From Azolla caroliniana (lineage: Eukaryota; Plantae; Polypodiophyta), in NCBI GenBank assembly GCA_043228905.1, contig JBHGNT010000017.1, forward strand, positions 18,662,001-18,726,000: 64,000 nucleotides of DNA. Reading direction: 5' to 3'. The translations under genes were made by a program, and so were the position numbers. Below the pieces are notes generated by a model that saw nothing but the letters and a program-made list of their open reading frames with translations, searched no databases and was not told the origin of the DNA. Below are positions 1 through 13,280 of this stretch, in pieces (positions within the stretch are counted from its first letter, which is position 1; each line of letters starts with the position of its first letter).

Positions 1-36
1 TTACATTCATTTTGCTAACTGGGACTTGAATCATAC

Positions 37-3000
37 CTCTGTTCCAGCCTTTATACTTTGATTGCGGTTTAGAAGTACCTCAAGCATTCTATCTTTCCTC
101 CGCCATCGATATGAACAAGTTGGTTGTAGTGAGTGATTCATCATATCTATGACAAAATAATTCACAGTGAGCAACTATATTTTAAGATATCAACCCAATA
201 GATTTCTAGGAATATTTTCTGTTATCAGTATTCTCAGAATGTAGCCTGCAGGGAACAAGATTCTTGAGGAAGTTTTCAGATATTTGGAAGTTTATGGGCC
301 AAGGAATGGCAAGGATAGATTTTCTCATGTTTTACTTAAGATGCCTACTTGATATTTGAGTTCAAGAAAATCCTAACTAGAACAATACAGAAAAATTATA
401 AAGCTGCATCGACAGCATCACGTGTACTCCACAGAGTATAGAATAGTTGTATTATCAGAATAACTCACATCCAGGACTTCTGCATAACAGTGATAAGTTT
501 TGCATCCATGTATAGTCACTAACAATGTAACCATTTTTATGCTAGTCACTCTGATATTCAATTGTTTCATCACATGCAGCCACACGATATCTTTGTGCAT
601 TGCCACAATCTTCATAACCATTCTTGCTTCTTTTTACACGTTTATAAAACTAAATGTAACAGTGGACATATGTGAAAAAATTCTCATGGGAACTAAGGAT
701 GAGAGAGATTCCTGCTGCAACTGCCAGTTAAAAGATATCATTATGTCCAGAAGCTGGGACAGTGGACACGTGACAATTTTAATGGGGTCTGTTGTTTCAA
801 TCTTCAATAGGTTCCATGCCTATCATGTAATAAGTTCTTTCCATAGATAGGTCTTCACAAACAATGCAATGTCACATCAGAATATGGGATTCAAATCACG
901 TGCAAGTTGGTTTTATGGCCATCAAATTGAGACATGAAACATGCAGTTTCATGAATTTTTATAATTTAGTGTGCCTCCTTGCCTTGATAATTTTGTCATT
1001 CACTGAACCCAAGATTGTAAGATCCTTGAAAAGAAATTTCAAGGTATACGAAGTCCAGAATATACATCTCTTTAATTTGGCGAGTAAACTTATTTTAGAT
1101 TAATTTGCCTACTTTTTGTAACCCAATTTCTTTGCTTCTCAAGAGTTTCTCCTGCTAGTGTTGAAGTTCAAGCAAGATGGATGTGGCTTTACTCTAAATC
1201 CCATAGGTAATTTTGGTCTTTCCAAGATGTTATAACATTTCATTTCTCTCTCCAAATTTGCATCATGTTTCAGAAGTCCAAATTTTGGAAATTCTAAATC
1301 TTGTTTTTTCAGTAATCCCTCAATCTGATCATATTTCAGAAAACTCTCTGAAATCTAGAAATTTAGAACCTTAATCTTTGTAAGTTTGTAATTCTGAAGT
1401 ATCTAACCAAGATGTCCTCAACTGCAATGTAAGTTACTTAATATAATGGTCTTTCATCAAGCCATTTCACTAGTCACCTTGAGATAGAACACCCCAGTTT
1501 GGGTGTAATGTTTCGTGAGAACAATGCCTGAAACTAAAAAGATATGTAAAAAGACATCCCTAGACTTACACTGCCATATCTTCATTAGAAGTATAGATTG
1601 GATTGTAGCCTTGGTTCTGTAACTTTCATTCATTTTACAGTACATCTGGCTATTGCATTATGTTGCCGCCAGCCTTGCATTTATGAATATTACAAAGGCC
1701 CGTTTCAGCATTTCAAATTTCTGCAGCAACATATACATGCTAAATGGGCTGTACCATAGTGAATTCTTTCTCTTGCATCTTGAAAGCCAATAACTTTCTT
1801 GGTATCTAGCTTAAATATCACAGTAAGTTGAGCTGCAGGTTGGGAATTCAACTCCCATGATTGCCCCAGATTCTGTTGGTGATAGCCAATGTTAGACCCC
1901 CTTCACATATATATAATGTCTTTTAAGACACCAAAATGGGCCACAAGACCAAACACTAGATTACACCTTAAAATGTTGTCTCTTTTTAAGACAACAAACA
2001 AAAATAAATAATATGAAGTAAATAAATAGGTCAAGTAAAGAATCTTGTTATCTATACATGTAAGATTCTCATGTCAGCTAGATTGTAATTTCTGTCTTCA
2101 AAAGATCTGCAGCATGGGTCGATCTAGAATGGAGAGATCTCCGATCAGAAAAACCTAACAAATGAGCTTTATTAACTCTTAAGTATTATGATGTTAGAAG
2201 GGAATGTACCAATATAGGGGATATACATATTCGCCACCTGGGATCTTGCCCCAACTGTCATTTCTGTGGTGATCTGTCGAGTTTGTGCAATAGCTACTGC
2301 CCACTTGAAATGTTCAACTGTAGGAGCAAGCCGTCTCAATTTCAAGGGCGAATCTGCTCTCTGTATAGGGTATTAGGGAAAAGATGTAAATTCATAATGC
2401 AGTATTCTGTATAATTGAAATACGTTCATAGCATATCCAAGCATCCCATAGAGACTTAGACGCAAGAAGGGAAGCTCTTACCCAATATTTTTCCCATGCA
2501 TTCTCAACTCTCTTTTGCTGATCTCTAATTACTGAGGCCAGCCAAGTGTCCTGTAGTTCTGAAAGCTCTGCCTACAAGAGAGCGAAAAACGCCAAATACA
2601 TAAAGGTATATTAGGTATTGGAGAAAATATTTATCATTGCACAAACCACTGCTTATTCAGATAAACATCCATACTTGATAGGGACTCACAACCTCCTGAC
2701 ATCAGCAGAGTCAAAACAAACAAACTGTTTTTTTCATGATATGAATATGTCCACAAAAGTTCACAAAAGTTCTGTACTTACTAATAACAGGGAAAAATAT
2801 GACTGGATGCTAAAAATGCAGTAATTCATTTTACACTACAAGGTAAAGGTACTGTAAAATAAGTTTTTGAAGCTCCATGCATAAGCAGAACAATGGATAC
2901 ACAAAAAATCACGGGCAATTTCTAAAGAAAATGAATTATCAGCAGTTCAGCAGGTGCAAAGGTGTGAACCTCTGTAGCAAGCAAAAGACTAGTGCACTCA

Positions 3001-4586
3001 GCAGCTTCTGGCAGGAAATCACAATATAATTGCCAGAAGTGATTTTTTGTATCCATCGCAAATAAAAGAAGGCATGCAAGTCTGATGTCCCAATCAACCT
3101 GTACAGAAAAGCAGAATTGATGGTATCAAAATATTTTCCAGTCAAATGAATCCATGGTAAAATATGATAACTAAGCAATCGATGAAAATATTTCAAAATC
3201 ACTAGTAAGCTCGGATATAGGGGAGGGGGGATGAAACACAACGAAAAACAAACTTCTGCACTCTAAACAGCATAGATGGAAAAAATTTAATGCAAACTCG
3301 ATGATGTATAAAACTGTGGTAGAAACAGTAATAATACATCACCTTTAACTCTAGTGTAGATACAATGAAACAACTGCTACATTATAAAGTGGAAACAATA
3401 AATGTGACACCAAATACAACCAACCTCAGCATCTGTTGAATTGATGACATCAAATATAGGATGCCCTATGGGAATAAAATCTGGATGAAAAATCCATGGA
3501 GGATCCTTACTAATTGAGATCATCAATTCTAACGGTATCTCCATGATTATCTGCAAATTGATCAAGCATTGTCTTTAGCTCAAGAAATATTTCTATCATT
3601 ATTTTTGCACCTGGTATGGAAAGGAGAACAATAATGTTGATACATCATGTCTAATGTCTTGTGAGAGACCTTGGTTTGTTGAAAGACATAAGCAACGATC
3701 CTTCCTACTTGCACAGAAATCTTACAACTCCTTCACAGAACTTCTTTCAACCAAAAACTTACTCTTGGCTTTTTTATATTCAGAATGTCTTTCGCAGCAT
3801 AGACTCCAACACCATCATCCCCTTCCTTGAACTCTATACCATATGCTCGCAATTGCCGAACATAACCCATCTCATAAAACGCAGGATCAATATCCTGTAG
3901 CTGCTTAGAATCCAATACCTAGCATCAAATTCACATATATGGATGAAAAATCAGTATGGAAATTCTTCAAAGCCTTCAGTATACACAGCATTACTAATGT
4001 GGGAACTAAATAGCTGTTTTATTGATAGATGGAATATCCTGACAACACGTTGATAGGATGCATAATTCACGTGAGGTTTTGTATACAGACACCTAGCTAG
4101 TAGCATCACATACAGACATAGTTGGAGAATCAAAATGCCAATACTGGAAGTCCCTAAACTACATGCAACCACGGATATATAATGAAACACTGAAGATTCC
4201 GCTAGTATGCAGTTATTGTGCGGGCGAGAAACAAACATAATGAATTGAACATAAGGTATAGGCGCTTACATTTTCCTGCTTAGTCTTCGCAGCTACCTGG
4301 ACGAGACTCGAGGCGTGAACTCTGAATTCTAGCTTCTGTAAAGATGGAAACACAGGGGAGTTCAGGTCTTAAGCATTTCCTTTTTTATCAGAATCGATTT
4401 GGAGGGAGAGAAAGAGAGTTAAGGAGCAGTCAAATTCCGCACCTGCCTTCGAAATGGCACATTAGGGGAGGCAAGTGAGGAGGTGAGTGAAGGGAGGTGG
4501 GTGCTGAAGGGCCCATCGACCATGGCCGTGGATGTACCACCTCTGCAACCGTGGTTTGGCAAGGCCACGGCCGCAGTGATTGACAT
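37..4586 (-). CDS. PTAC14: Plastid transcriptionally active chromosome 14-like SET-domain protein; 5' eight exons, gene continues beyond position 1
   Basis: GT-AG exons 4586-4443, 4335-4270, 3918-3763, 3550-3425, 3098-2970, 2571-2482, 2360-2210 and 146-37 join in frame (972 nt). Peptides DPAFYEMGYVRQLRAYGIEFKEG, IMEIPLELMISISKDPPWIFHPDFIPIGHPIFDVINST, DWDIRLACLLL and DMMNHSLQP (SET NHS motif) match recalled pTAC14. The N-terminus is Ser/Thr-rich and transit-peptide-like. Confidence 0.92.
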
Positions 4587-4596
4587 GTCTGCCTCT

Positions 4597-4680
4597 CTGC
4601 TCTGTTCTGCTCTGTTCTGCTCTGTTCTGCTCCGGGGATGGAGAGACTGAAGAAACAGAGAGAGAGAGAGAGAGAGAGAG
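4597..4680. repeat. Simple repeats (CTCTGTTCTG)x~3 and (GA)n in the PTAC14 5' region
   Basis: Directly visible just upstream of the ATG at 4586. Confidence 0.9.
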
Positions 4681-5399
4681 AATGTATGTATGTGGATATA
4701 ATGAAATGAAATAAAATGGAGAGGTTTATGAGTGAGGGAGAGAGAGAATGTGTGTTGTTTTTATGAAGTGGGTTTTGTGTTTACTAATTTTGCAAAGGCT
4801 TTTTTTGTTTGTTTGTTTGTGCTTCCTTCAATCTTCCACCGGTTTAATGGTTTCATGGTTCACGTGAGCCGCCCGCCCGCTCGCTCCGCTTTCAAGGTTC
4901 TTCTGGCATTAAAAGGGCCGGGTCTCCATGAGGCAGTTTTTAAGATCTCCGTAGACATTGTTTCGGGTCTACGATTTTGATAGAAGTCATGCTTCTTCGT
5001 ATCTCCCGTTTTAGGCCTCTACCACCAACATTTGGAGGATTGACGCTATAGGTTTAGTGTCTCGTGTTCAATTATGTTAGTAAATGAACAATGGCATGCC
5101 AAGCAAAATACCCCAACAAAGCGTTTCCTCCATGTAAGTCTTGCACACTGTAACATGAGCCATCACCAATGGTTTCTTACAAAATTTCTTCATATGTTTT
5201 TTGTAATATTGCATTTTGGTTACCACAAATAAGGGTTTACAAACTCACTTCCAAAATTCCAAGCTTGAAAGACACATCATTGCTTCAAAACGCAACATGA
5301 AATAACGTCATGAACATGCAAACATCTTAAGAAGTTCATAACACTAATATGTGCAAGGCAATATGTTATGGTTGTGTTATAGGCATAATCCTAAGGTCC

Positions 5400-6547
5400 T
5401 ATTGTAAAGCTAAATTTAATGTACTTATAGGAGCTCGTTTATATCATCGTAATGGCAATTTTTATTGTTATGAAGTTTTGGACAATGGTAGATTGTTATT
5501 AGTGGCGGATGAGTCTCCAATTATGTCCAATGCAAAGCAGTTGCCAATTAGAGTAATTGCTAGATTAGATAAAAAAAAATTAATCGATCCTAGTTTGTTA
5601 ATTGCTAACAATGCATCTCAATTTTGGGTTTTACACTCTAGGCCACTTGTTGACCTGCAGTGGGACCCATCAGATTATGGTTGGAAATTGTCCATGTCTG
5701 ACATAGCGAATAAGATCCTTCCATTCTTCTCATATTCGGTGGCGTTGGATAGAAACTTTATGTTGAATCAGACCGACTCGGTCCCAGCGGCAAACAAGTA
5801 TTGGGAGGAAGGTAATGTCTCGTCGGCTCATATGTGGATATTTTGGAAATGGTTTTGGGTAACTAAATGTATGAATAAGATATTGCATTTTCATTGGTTG
5901 ATGATTCATTATGCATTGCCAATAGGTGAACTATTGAGGGGTTCAATGCGTGATCGGTCATGTGTTATGTGTGGGTTTGCATCTGAGTCATTGCCTCATG
6001 TATTTTGGGAATGTTTGTTCGCTAAAAGGTTTTGGTTTCGAATTCTTAGGCTTTTAGGTTGTAAGTATACCTAAGCTTTCTTCACGTGGGGTGTAGTCTT
6101 TTGGGGAATGTTGGATCAACAATCGGCCTTTTATCATTATCAGCATTCTTCTTTGTCTTTACATGTGAGAAGTTTTCAAGTATATGCTAGTTCAAGTTCC
6201 TTGCAGGGAATCAAGTTCTTCTCGCAAAGTTATGTTTGGCAAATTGTTTCCTCTTTGGGTTTATGGGTTATTTGGAAAGCTAGGTGTTCCAAGTTATACA
6301 AGGATGAAAATACTCATGTTGTAGAACAACTTAAGTCTTTCTGGGACCTATTGGTACATACGGTTAAAGGTGATTATGATAGTTGTAGGGATCAGGAGAC
6401 ACAACTAGTCGAAAAAGAAGGAGAATTAGAAGAGTTTGGTCATCTATTCTTATCATGTTGGATGTAGAGGATAATGTCAAGTGGAATTACGTACCACCTC
6501 GTTGGTTGTTCCCACCACCAGCACCGTCCTTAGAGCACACAACATAA
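5400..6547 (+). mobile_element. 5'-truncated, degenerate L1-type LINE fragment (C-terminal zf-RVT region of ORF2)
   Basis: W..FWKWFW...KILHFHWLMIH..LP...C..CG...ESLPHVFWEC...FW (CCHC zf-RVT) followed by LWVIWKAR. Stop at 6072 and a later frameshift. Boundaries approximate. Confidence 0.8.
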
Positions 6548-6789
6548 ATCAACATGGAAGAGGTGATTCTGGCACATAGCAAGAGTCTTTTCATAAAAGA
6601 AGCTTTTGGCGGTAATCTTCGATATGAGCAAATGCTTTACCTTAGATAGGGATGACTGATAATGATGCTTTACCTTAGAGAGGGATGACTGATAATGATT
6701 TTCATAAGGACACGAGAGTGTGCATTCATGTTTGTTTTTGTAGGTTTAAGTTATTGGGGATACTTGATGACAATCAGCTGATTGATGCG

Positions 6790-7388
6790 GATTTTCGTGG
6801 ACATTGGCAAGATGCTAATCGACAAGATGGTTGATGGGGACTGAATGGAGAGATTTTTCTGTGATAAGGATGAGTGAAGATGGTGGGGGGGTCGAAGCCG
6901 ACTAACATGACTGGATGAGGAAACTTTTACACTAATTTCAGTTTTAAATACAGGTTTTTCGTGGACATTGGCAAGATGCTAATCGGCAAGATGGTTGATG
7001 TGGACTAATTGAAGAATTTTTTGTGATACGCATGAGGGAAGATGGTGGGGGGGTCGAAGCCGACTATCAAGAGTGGGTGAGGAAACTTTTAGACTAATCT
7101 TTTGTTGTTAATACAGGATTTTCGTGGACATTGGCAACACACTAATTGCTGAGATGGTTGATGTGGACTGAACGAAGAAATTTTTTCTGTGATAAGGATG
7201 AGTGAAGATGGTGGGGAGGTCAAAGCCGACTATCATGAGTGGGTGAGGAAGCTTTTACACTAACTTTTTGTTGTTAATACAAGATTTGCGGGGACATTGG
7301 CAAGGCAAGTTGCTAATCGGCGAGATGGCTGATGTGAACTGAATGAATAAATTTTTCTGTGATAAGGATGAGTGAAGATGGTGGGGGG
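6790..7388. repeat. ~164-bp tandem array, left part
   Basis: Unit start GTGGACATTGGCAAG recurs at 6797, 6961, 7124 and ~7290. The array resumes at 18442 after the Copia insertion. Confidence 0.9.
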
Positions 7389-8371
7389 TGTCGAATACGA
7401 GTGTATAATGGTTGTATTCACACCGTCCCTTTGGACAACCCAAGTTCGAGCTATTTCTGTAAATAGCATAAAGGGCAGTTGCCCTAGGACAATCACTATA
7501 TAAAGTGACTTTGTAACCTTTAGTAAAGGTTGGTTGTCATTTGTAACGATTTGCTATTGCAATATAACGGATTGTTTGTGCCTCTCTCTCTCTCTCTCTC
7601 CCTTTGTGTCTATCTTGCTCATGCATAAACAGATTCCTTCATCACGAATGTTGCTTGCACTTCTGCATTGACGGCCTTGTCCCCAACATTTGGTATCAGA
7701 GCGTTGGAGGTTCTTCAACCCGCTGTCGGCCGTCATCGCACAACACAACATTCTGTTTTTCGTTTTCTTTGAAGAACAAAGAAGGGAGAAGAAAAAGACA
7801 AGAGCTCGCATCTCACTGTGTTAAATCACAAATTGGAGTAAGCCAATCGGTTGTTCTCTATTCCTGTGATTGTAACCGCTTGAGGGGAGCTCCTTGAGCA
7901 ACAATCGACCCAATCATGCTTCATTCGGTTAAACAACATCTGAATAGGTCACCAGACACTATTCACCCGCTTGCTGTAACCACCCGCTGCGGATTGGTCT
8001 CCCGACAACAACCACTTTGTGCTTCACTCGGATGATCGACATTCAGGAGGATCAATTGGATATGTCCCTCTCATCGCTGCAGTCATCCGAAGCAAAATCA
8101 GCCCAAACAATAGATTTTGCGTAATCGGTATTCGGCATACAATTGGAAGCTAACCGGGCTCACTCCGACTCGACAACATTCGGGAAGACCAGCCGGTTTT
8201 GTCCCTCAAGTTACCGGAGTCACTCCGAGCAAGTTCAGCAACAATTATTCAAAACCAAACCGACTCGGGTTCAAAACCGACTAGAACGATATCGGGTGAG
8301 CCAACCGGCTGCACCCCACTAAGGTTCGTAGTCAACTCCGAACATAGTCTTACCAACTGAAACCGAAGCAG

Positions 8372-11300
8372 ATGGCATCAACATCCGTCTCATCGGAGAT
8401 GAGTCTAAGGAGGTTCGACGGTTCGAACTTCAACTTCTGGAAGGAACAAATGCAGGACTATCTCATAGTCAAGGGTTAGATAAACCCGATTGAGAATGAA
8501 AATCCTCCAGAAGCATACAAGGCAAACAAGTGGCTAAAGCTGGACAGAATCGTCCGCGCCACGATTCAGATGTACTTGTCGGAGTCAGAGTACTTCAAAG
8601 TGCAATCATGCACGCCAGCGTTTGAACTTTGGAAAACACTGTCGGAAACTTATGAAAAGATGGTCGCCGCAACGATGATGTATCTGATCCGGCGCCTCTA
8701 CAACTTGTGGATGAAAGAATCTGATTTGGTTCTGGCACACCTCAACGAGTACGAAAGCATAAGCTCCCAAATCTTGTCTCAGGGGACGACAATCGAGGAT
8801 GAACTCAGAGCAATGATACTCATGAGTAGTCTCCCCTCTTCATGGGAAACTTTCGTTACAACTGTGTGCAATGCTTTAACAAATGCCGTTAAGTACTCCG
8901 AAGTCATGAGCGCAATCCTGACTGAAGCAGCTCGGAGAAAGTCTTTCGCCAAAGACTCGACAGATGAAGCTTACGTAGTACAAGGTTCGACCGACCGATC
9001 GAACAACTGGGGAAGAAGTTCTTCCCGACCGCCGAACAATTAGCGAAGCTAGAGCAAGTCCCGGGACAACCGAATTTGCAACTACTACAAGAAACCGGGA
9101 CACATCAAAGCCGACTGTCGAGCACTCAAAGCAAAAACCGACAAAGCCCAGAGAGCGGATAAGAAGAGTAGCCGACATGAGGAGGTCAACTACGTTGGCT
9201 CTTCAGCTGAAATTTTGATGACCAACCCGAACATACTGTCCATAGAGAACCCAGTCGAATCAGAAGTTCTGCTTACGACTGAGGAATCGAGCACATGGCT
9301 CCTGGACTCGGGCGCATCGTATCATGTGACACCTCACCGATCTCAGTTTCGGCAATACTCGGACCGGCACTCTGACTCAGTTCGAGTCGAAAACTCGCAG
9401 CATTGTGCTATAATCGGAATCAGCACCGTAGAGCTCAATCTTTCGGGAGGCTCTACACTTGTACTACACAACGTCTGACACGTTCCTGAGCTTTCAAGAC
9501 CCTTGATCTCAGTCGGACAACTTGACGAAGCCGGCATCCGTGCCGGATTCTCATCAGGAGGGTGGACACTCCACAAAGGGAACCTCCTACTTGCTCGAGG
9601 ACCAAAGGTACATTCCTTGTATCCTTTATATGTCACACTCAAAGAGGGTGACTTATTTTTTGTTGATATCCCCGTGTCATCGTTATGGCATAGACGGCTT
9701 GGACACCTCAGCAAGGCCGGCATAACGCACCTATCCAAAGCCGGTTACATCCCCAAAATCTCCTTCTTAGATCACCAATTCTGCGAGCATTGCCAATATG
9801 GCAAACAGGTAGCCACATCACACCCGACATCAGCACCAAGAGAATCGAGTCCCCTCGATTTGGTCCAGTAGGACGTCTGTGGCCCAATGCCCCATCAGTC
9901 TCTCGGTGGTGCTTCGTACTTCGTCAGTTTTATTGATGACTCGACTCGGAAGGTGTGGGCTTACCCCATCAGAACCAAAGATCGGGTGTTGTCGATCTTC
10001 TCCGAATGACTTGCAATGGTCGAAAATCAGACCGGTCGGAAACTGAAATGTCTCTGAACCGACAATGGAGGAGAATTCAAGTCTGAAGAATTCGTCAAAT
10101 TCTGCCGGGAATGCGGCATTCGACGTGAATATACGACACCCTATAGTCCGGAGTAGAACGAAATTGCTGAACGCATGAATCAGACGATTAAAGAACGCGT
10201 AGTATCCATGCTCCAACACTCCGGACTTTCGGATGGCTTCTGGGCGGAGGCTCTACTTACGGCAGTACACATAATAAATATGTTGCCAAGTAGACCTCTA
10301 GGACTTCAAATACCTCAGGAAATATGGAGCAGCAGTAAGCCGAATTATGACAAACTGAGGATCTTCGGTTGCGAGGCGTATGCTCTCATACTGAAAGACG
10401 ACCGCCGAAAACTTGAACCAAGGTCAAGGAAATGTGTTTTTCTTGGATATGGACCCGACGACGAGATTGGATACCGACTCTGGGACCCCGAGCACAGACA
10501 AATCGTCTGAAGTTCAGACGTCATGTTCAATGAGTCAGCTATGCATAAAACGGCTGAAAGGCCTATTGAAGTTGAAAGGGTAATATTTTCCGAAGTGCCA
10601 ACCCTTCATAATGGCCCAACCCACAACACGAGATCGGTTTCACGGGTAACCGACAACTCTCGCACTGAATCCACCGATTCGGCACAGCAGAATGGCTCGG
10701 CTCCCGACCATCCGACATTGACACCCGATGCGACTACTCCAGTCATACCTCGCAGATCCGAGAGACTGTCGCAACCTCCGGAGAGGTACTCTCCCGGAAT
10801 TTTCTTTACCGACGCCGGCGAACCGACGTCTTATGAAGAAGCCTCGGCATCTGCTGATTCAGCCACATGGCATCTGGCGATGGAGTCGGAAATGCACTCC
10901 ATTCGAGCAAACAAGACTTAGGACTTGGTCGAATTACCGAAGAATCGACGTACTCTTCCGTGTAAGTGGGTCTATCGACTAAAAGCGACGTCCGACTTGA
11001 TCACCCCAAAGTACAAGGCTAGATTAGTTGCGGAGGGATTTCGACAAGAATATGGCGTCGACTTCGACGAAATCTTTTCACCAGTGGTGAAAATGAAGAC
11101 CCTTCGTTTCATGCTCTGCGTCGTGGTCGTTGACAACTTGGAGCTGATTCAACTAGATGTAAAAACGACATTCCTCCACGGTGACCTATAGGAGGAAATC
11201 TATATGGAGCAGCCGAAAGGCTTTGTGGCATCCGGCCAGGAACATCTAGTCTGCCGACTCAAGAAGAGTCTCTACGGCCTGAAACAGGCACCCCAACAGT

Positions 11301-12395
11301 GGTACAAGAAGTTTGACGACTTCATCCAATCGGTCAGCTTCTCAAAGAGCGATGAGGACCACTATCTCTTCACCAAAACAGCTCAAGACGGGTCTCCCGT
11401 CTTCCTCATCATGTACGTGGACGACATGCTACTCTCCGGTCGGCATGCCGGAGACCTCACCGAACTCATTCGGCAACTATGGTTGAAGTTTGCCATGAAG
11501 GACCTCGGTCCGGCAAGACACATACTTGGTATGAAGATTAGTCGGCATCGCGCTACACGACAACTTTTATTGTCTCAAACCGACTACATCGGACGTGTCC
11601 TAGAACGCTTCAACATGCACTCGGCCAAGTCTGCTTCAACCCCGCTCCCCAACAACCTTCGGCTATCTCAGCGAGACCGCCCGACATCCGGTCCGGAGGG
11701 GGAAGATATGAAGTTGGTACCATATGCACCAGCAGTCGACTCCCTTATGTACGCGATGGTCGCGACACAGCCTGATATTTCTCACGCCGTAGGAGTCGTC
11801 AGCAGATTCATGCACAACCCCGACCGATCGCACTGGAACGCAGTCAAGCATGTGTTTAGATATCTAGCTGGCACAAAAGACTACGACATTCTCTTTAGTC
11901 CGAACTCAACCTCAGGCGTAGTCGGTTACACCGACTCGGACTTCACCGGTTGTGTGGACAGTCGGAAATCAACAACCGGATATTGTTTCAATTTCGGCAA
12001 TGGAGCAATCTCGGAAGTCAAAACTTCAAGAGTTCACAACCACCTCAACGACCGAAGCGGAATATGTAGTTGCGTCCGACGCGGCAAAAGAAGCTTTATG
12101 GCTCGGTCGGTTGGCGCACACGTTTCGACAGGTCGACTCCGACTCGGCTCCAGTTGTCTACAACGACAGTCAGGGTGTTGTTGCTTTGTCAAAAAATCCA
12201 GTTCACCACAACACCTCTAAGCATATCGACATTCGATATCACTTCGTTCGAGACTGCGTCATTTCAGGGAAAATCGGTCTCGAGAAGATATCCTCAACTG
12301 TTAATGTCGTAGATGGAATGACCAAGTGTCTTTCGGCGGATCATTTCCAGTCCCTTCGGCACCAGATGGGCGTAACGAAAAATTGGTACGGTTAA
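8372..12395 (+). pseudogene. Copia A gag-pol (GAG, protease, integrase, RT, RNase H) with ~10 premature stops and a frameshift
   Basis: WLLDSGASYH (protease), LWHRRLGH..CEHC (integrase HHCC), YGLKQAP and YVDDML (RT), TTEAEY and KHIDIRYHF (RNase H), in Copia domain order. Confidence 0.93.
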
Positions 12396-13031
12396 AGTTG
12401 GACACACAGCACAGGATGGTTTCGGACCACCGACATCGGTTCTCTGAGGATCGGCTTCAGCTCTTCCGACCCGACCGGTTCAGTCCTTTGTCTTCGGATC
12501 TTGCCGACTCTGACAAAACCAATCTGTCCATTAAACCTTGTATATATATACCTGTAATTGTTGAACACAGTGCTCGGCCACAACCGAGGAATATGATTAA
12601 CTCACAGAAAACAGGAAATACAAAATGCACGAAGTCAATAGAGAGAAGAGTACACAGGATATTTTACGTGGAAAACCCTAAGTGGGAAAAACCACGGGAG
12701 TCCTCAAACTCCAACTATCACTACACACAGAGATGTACAATGGTGAAGCTACAAGGCAACAACCTTGAGTTCACTGTCTTCGCCACAGGCGGCGGTAATA
12801 CACAGAGGCAACGACCTCTTCGTCTCTCTCTCTCTCTCTCTCTCTCTCGGCTGCTCACGTAGCTCCCTCTAAGTGGAAGACAAAAAAAATGAGCAACAAC
12901 ATAAACTGTTTGCCCTAAGTCATATTTATACACATATGACTTTCGAGCTATTTACAAATATAGCCTCAAGGGCCCTTGGCAAACATATTCACAAATATGT
13001 CCCCGCATCCGGATCTCTCTCCGGGTACATT

Positions 13032-13205
13032 CGTCATCCGGCTCCGTAGCCGGGGTCTTCATCATCCGGCTCCGAAACCGGGGTCTTCATCATCCGGCTC
13101 CGTAGCCGGGATCTTCATCATCCGGCTCCGTAGTCGGGGTCTTCATCATCCGGCTCCGTAGCCGGGGTCTTCATCATCCGGCTCCGTAGCCGGGGTCTTC
13201 ATCAT
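13032..13205. repeat. 28-bp tandem repeat in U3 of the Copia B 3' LTR (6 copies; 5 copies in the 5' LTR at ~17857-18002)
   Basis: Unit CATCATCCGGCTCCGTAGCCGGGGTCTT; GCTCCG at 13041, 13069, 13097, 13125, 13153 and 13181. Confidence 0.95.
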
Positions 13206-13280
13206 TCGGGTCTTCATTCCCGATTCCCGGACATCCGACCATCCCATCCGGAGGGACCGTAATCCCAACAAACTCCCCCT

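Noticed and set aside
418-2200. Small ORFs within PTAC14 intron 7
   Set aside because: AT-rich intron; exons 7 and 8 join in frame without them.
13032-13205. 28-bp partially palindromic repeats resembling a CRISPR array
   Set aside because: No unique spacers, head-to-tail units inside an LTR, eukaryotic context, no cas genes.
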